DNA of 63,876 nt, counting the filler, from Rhabdomonas costata (lineage: Eukaryota), in NCBI GenBank assembly GCA_019059605.1. It is 42 parts of 42 records of this genome, joined end to end, with 100 filler letters (N's around TTAATTAATTAA, not from the genome) between each part and the next. Parts side by side here need not be neighbours in the genome. Positions count along the whole stretch, not along the records: positions 59,411 to 60,832 come from JAHMHO010016401.1; positions 60,933 to 62,354 come from JAHMHO010016402.1; positions 62,455 to 63,876 come from JAHMHO010016403.1; 39 more parts are not named here. One strand, given 5' to 3'. Shown here one piece after another: positions 59,445 through 63,876 of the stretch. Under the pieces are notes generated by a model. It did not search any database. It was not told the DNA's origin and was given only the letters and a program-made list of their open reading frames with translations. A program made the position numbers and the translations under genes. Numbering within the stretch: position 1 is the stretch's first letter; each line of letters opens with the position of its first letter.

Positions 59445-60581
59445 CTGCGGGGGGCCGGACTAGGAACAGCCCGGAGAAGGTAAAGGTCCCATTACCCGTC
59501 ACCGCCAGCACCGTGCTGTTCTGGACCGTGGTGTTCCGCACGGTGCTGTTAAGGAACAGCAACCTCTGGGTAGGGCGAGTGTCAGTCTCCAGGCAGCTTG
59601 AGTTGACCTGTGACGGGTTGACGCAACAGGGTGGCGAACATCCGCAGCTATCGCCCAAAGAGCAAGAATGGAAATCGTCCCGCCAACTGCTTTGTATAAA
59701 TGGAGGGTTCCAAGGTAATTGGAACCACAGGACCATAAACTTCCGTGGGAGGGTCAAGTGCTGACGTGTTTGAGGTGATGGGAAGGGGGGTGGAGGAGCG
59801 ATGAGAGGTGTGCCGCGAATGCGGTGCTGCAAGCACAAGAACACACACCTTCCTTTTACGCGAACTTCGCGAACGCTTAAAAGGTCATACTTCACCCTAG
59901 ACAAAAGGCACACCAGCGAAGAGGTTTGCAAGGCATTCAGTGTGATCTGCACGGTTCGGGTGGTGAGGCTGTCCAGGTCGTCCACACGGTTCAGCAGTTC
60001 GTCCACGATGTGCACCGTGGGGGATTGCCCCTGGGCGTCCACCAGGTTGCTTACGTCCTGCGAGGGGATCTGTGGCATCGGGCTCACCGCGGACCCCTGA
60101 AGCACACAATCGAAGCGTTGTGTGGAGCCAAGCGGCACTCTCACATAGCAGAAGCGCTGGGACTCCGAATCGTTTTTCTTTAAACAATAATAAGAGCCAG
60201 AAGCACCGCACCTCCGGTGTACCTTTGTATATGCATCCATTGAGGAGAAATTTCCACCCTCCCACCCTTCTGGTCATGTCTGGCATCTTTTTCTCCATTT
60301 TAAAACGAAAGATACTCACCACGGAAAAGGGTTTTGGGGTACAATGCAGGATGTTCGATGCGCGTGAACGGCCCAACCTCCGGCTGTGATGCCGCAATAT
60401 CGGCTCACGGCCCGCTCGACGCGTGCTGTCCTAAATCGACTACTTCTATATGATGAATACGAAAAAATCAGTCACGATGAGAAAGCACAACCTCCAGGCC
60501 AAGCCCATAGGGGGGTCCCAGGACGTAGAAGGTGACTCCCACGGAGTACAGCTGCCCGTCCAGGCTGGCCTTCAGGAGAAC
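59445..60581 (-). CDS. Large extracellular protein with Ig/invasin-like beta repeats, spliced fragment
   Basis: Exons 60581-60492, 60096-~59914 and 59760-~59445: TVHIVDELLNRVDD..VQITL and NGTFTFSGLFL; several N-x-S/T sites. Confidence 0.5.
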
Positions 60582-62845
60582 CTGTGGGCGTTGAAGTGAA
60601 AAGAGTTGCAAAAATGAATGACAACACAAACGGGGTGCCAGCCCGCGATGGTTCAGCACACAGAGACACAGGGCATACAGCAGCGCGAAAGTAGTATTCG
60701 GAAGCCTAAAGGCTCCGGGCAAGCGACGATCAAGCCGACCCTGCCTAACTCCACCCAGCTACGCTGAAGGCAGCTGGGCAGCTTGCCCTTTGTGATTGTT
60801 TTGCAGTGCACAGCACCGCGAGACCCACCACANNNNNNNNNNNNNNNNNNNNNNNNNNNNNNNNNNNNNNNNNNNNTTAATTAATTAANNNNNNNNNNNN
60901 NNNNNNNNNNNNNNNNNNNNNNNNNNNNNNNNTGCGGTGAAATGTAAAACAAGGCGGCGGCTGTGTACGGAGGGGGGTCACACCAGAGGTGGGAGACGTG
61001 GTCTGCGCAGTGTTCGGGGAAAGGGGCTTCTCTACCTGGAACGAGGTTTTGGATGCATAAAGTAATACTGGTCGGAATTCGTGAATCAGGAAGGGATCAC
61101 GGACGGCCGCTAAAGATGTTAGCAGAGAAGGCGATCCGCCTCAGTGCGGATATCGGTCCGCCCAGGTCACTTTTTACATGGCACGTTAGTTAATCCATGC
61201 ATAACGACGCTGCTTACCGTTTTTAGGGTTACTGCGTCTTTTCGCAGGATCCCACCGTATCAAGTTGTTAATGTGAAGAGATACAAAAAGCTGACCAAAA
61301 GCTGGCTCGGATGCGCACATACAGAAGGCATGCGGGTTATCTGGGGAGGGGGTATTATCTTGACAACCATGGTTGCTTTGGGAAATAATGACCTGAGATA
61401 CCTGATATTGCATATTTTCTTGTGAGGAGTATTGACTGCTAAATAATCACCCGGCAACCACCAGAACCACTGCTGATCATGACAACCAAGATATCCACTC
61501 CCACCAACTATGGCAGAGGACTTCAAAAATGTTGCCACTGGCGGTGGTAGAAAGCGACTTTGGATTTCTTTTCAGAAAAAACAAACACAAACGGACATGT
61601 AATACCAGTATCGCTAACAAAAAGCAGCTAAATAACAGTAAAGTAACGCAAGAAAGCCACCGGTGGCGAAAGGGGGAGGTTGACGCCCGAGGGATGCATT
61701 TCACCCCACCCACCTTGAGATCAGGCTTGGCGTGCTTGAGCGCAGGAGGCTTCGCAGCAGTGGACTCCTCTGGCGTGTGCGCGCGCGAGAGAGAGAGGCA
61801 ACGGCGGAGAAGATCGAAACAACAGTCTGGCTGCGTGATGGTGATACGAGGTGGCGTGGCGCTTCCGAGAGAGAATACAAGAGTTGTTGATGCAAGAGCT
61901 CAGTGTGGTCGTGAGGTCTCGGAAACGCTGAACACAAGCATGCCGCCACTGTCCATCACATTTCCACGGACGACAGCATTGGGCATTGGGAAGACCTACA
62001 ATGGACTAAGAAACAAACATGAGCGCACCTACCCAGACCAAACTCGTGCACGTTCACCGAAAAGAGTAGTGGATACACATCATAATCCAAATTACGACGA
62101 TTCCAGCGGAAACGTCGAAGCAGGACAGAGGAAGCACATCAGCGCAGAGCCACACCAGAAGAGTCGGAATCTGAGTCGGAAGACTGTGCAAAGAGAAAGG
62201 ACAAGCAACGGGCATGTTTCCAATCCAATCCCAAATATGTGTGTCTATCAAGCAGGACCCTTTCTTGCCCATCGCCCCCAGTACTATCCAATTTTCGGAG
62301 AGTTTGCCCTCTGCTTTAGCTCCCTGCTCGAACTCATCGGTGATCCTCCCACACNNNNNNNNNNNNNNNNNNNNNNNNNNNNNNNNNNNNNNNNNNNNTT
62401 AATTAATTAANNNNNNNNNNNNNNNNNNNNNNNNNNNNNNNNNNNNNNNNNNNNGTTGTGGTTGCAGATGAGAGGAGGGAAAATGTAGTTGGTTATCGCG
62501 GTGCATTGTGGAGCCACTTCGTCCCATGATGTCAGCGGGAACCGAGTGGAATGGGATTATGAGAAAGAGAATGGAGTGGAATTAAATGGGTTAACTGATT
62601 GAATCAAGGTGGAATGAAATGCACTGGAATGGGCGAGGCAATGGCAGAGTCAACGATTCAACCAGGTTTACTGCAAGACCTTGCTGTTACGTCAAACATT
62701 GACTTTTGGACTTTTTTGTTGGAAAGACAGAGGCAATTGTGAGCGGGATCCGGGCAGGCTCAGAGATCGTGTCTGAACATGCCTTTTGCTGTCAAACCGT
62801 GCTATTTCCCTTCAATGGATGGCCGTGTAGGTGCTGTTTGGTGAG

Positions 62846-63580
62846 CCGCTGAAGACATCGCCATCATCGGGGTGACCGACCAGTACAATACGATAGCCGG
62901 GCTTTACCGCCCCGGTGGGCTCTACCACGACCGCCCGTACTACACGAACACTCTTACCTACGTCTACCTGAGCTACTCCAGTGGCCTGGGCTGGACGGTG
63001 ACCTCCTCTTTGGGCTCGACCCCGTACTATGCGCACTGCGCACAGGATGTTGCTACCCCGGACCTTTTGACCTCCTCCTGGGATGTCTGGGACGGGGCCG
63101 CCGACGAAAGCCGCCCGGAGATTCAAGCCTTGTGCTCAGGTGTGGAGCCTCTGCCCCGTCCAAAGGAGAGCCCGTTCTCTGCTCTGTTTTCTACGCGCCA
63201 ACTTTCGGTCTGTATTTCCTCAATTTTTCTCTCCCTCTGTGGCTCTTTCCCTCCCACCGTCCTCTGTCGCTCTCTCTTTATCTTTCTTCCTCTTCTCTTC
63301 CTCTTTTGTTTCGACCTCGCCAATCTCCAAGTCATGTGCACAGATTAGGGATCCGGATGCACTCGGTGAAGGGAAATATACTTCCTCCGCATCTGCGGAA
63401 AGCTGCCCTATCCTCCGCATCTGAGGAAAGCTGCAATCCTAACCCTCCACTCCTGTGGTCGTACAGGCCAGGTCTGCTCGTATTTCCCGGGATGCCCGTC
63501 GAAGGACAGCATGTTCCCCAACGCCACCAAGGTCTGTGGCCAAAACCCTTGCGTGGGGGCCTCGGAGTGCTGCATGGAAG
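62846..63580 (+). CDS. Modular extracellular protein: aromatic-rich beta domain plus Cys-rich module
   Basis: Phase 1-1 exons 62846-63139 (GLYRPGGLYHDRPYY...WTVTSSLG...WDVWDG) and 63467-63580 (VCSYFPGC...VCGQNPCVGASECC). Confidence 0.7.
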
Positions 63581-63744
63581 GTGTGCCGCCTCGCGCATCC
63601 TCCACCTCTCTTTCCTCACCAGCGTGCGCAACTTGCAGCGCATTTTGCTCTGAGCGTTGCATTCGTGGCTTTTTTGACCAGGATGTCTCTTTTCCCCACC
63701 ATAGTGAGGAAAATGAACAAATAAGAACTTCTACAGGCGCACAG

Positions 63745-63870
63745 CTTGCAAAGAATGAAGAGTCATATCTAGAGGGTTCAGTGACAGTGCTTTTCTTTGC
63801 CCCGTAATGGAAGAAAAAAGAAAAGCACTGTCACTGAACCCTCTAGATATGACTCTTCATTCTTTGCAAG
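63745..63870. repeat. Contig-terminal hairpin (54-bp stem)
   Basis: 63745-63798 is the reverse complement of 63817-63870. Confidence 0.95.
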
Positions 63871-63876
63871 AACTTC

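Noticed and set aside
61050-62354. 293-aa ORF at 61529 and possible APE endonuclease remnant upstream on the minus strand
   Set aside because: The ORF has no recognisable motif, and the endonuclease-like words are too degraded to call.
1-63876. Gene neighbourhood or operon-like system across the window
   Set aside because: The contigs are equal-sized unrelated fragments, so adjacency carries no biological meaning.

Overview
This window is not one locus. It is 42 unrelated contigs of about 1.42 kb, joined by artificial 100-nt linkers (N44-TTAATTAATTAA-N44). Most contigs start with G/T-only and end with A/C-only tails, and six have fold-back arms at an end, which points to whole-genome-amplified DNA. 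Most of the content is nuclear DNA of an intron-rich protist; a euglenid-type genome is plausible but not proven. It includes spliced fragments of three adenylate cyclases, a histidine kinase, an IP3 receptor, a cNMP-gated channel, an SNF2 helicase, a PPP phosphatase, TcdA, a Plus3 protein, LRR and Kelch-like proteins, a desaturase and a GT47-like protein. Decayed retroelements, two dispersed repeat families and a MITE are also present. The standout is contig 7616-9041: a mitochondrial-type cox2 with all CuA ligands intact but three in-frame TAG codons (best read as Tyr). It has no encoded stop at the expected end and is followed by a non-coding region with 11 copies of AACCATGCTC. This suggests an unusual mitochondrial genetic code or RNA editing. 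A frameshifted bacterial amino-acid-binding protein gene abuts compositionally different DNA at 48731-50153.
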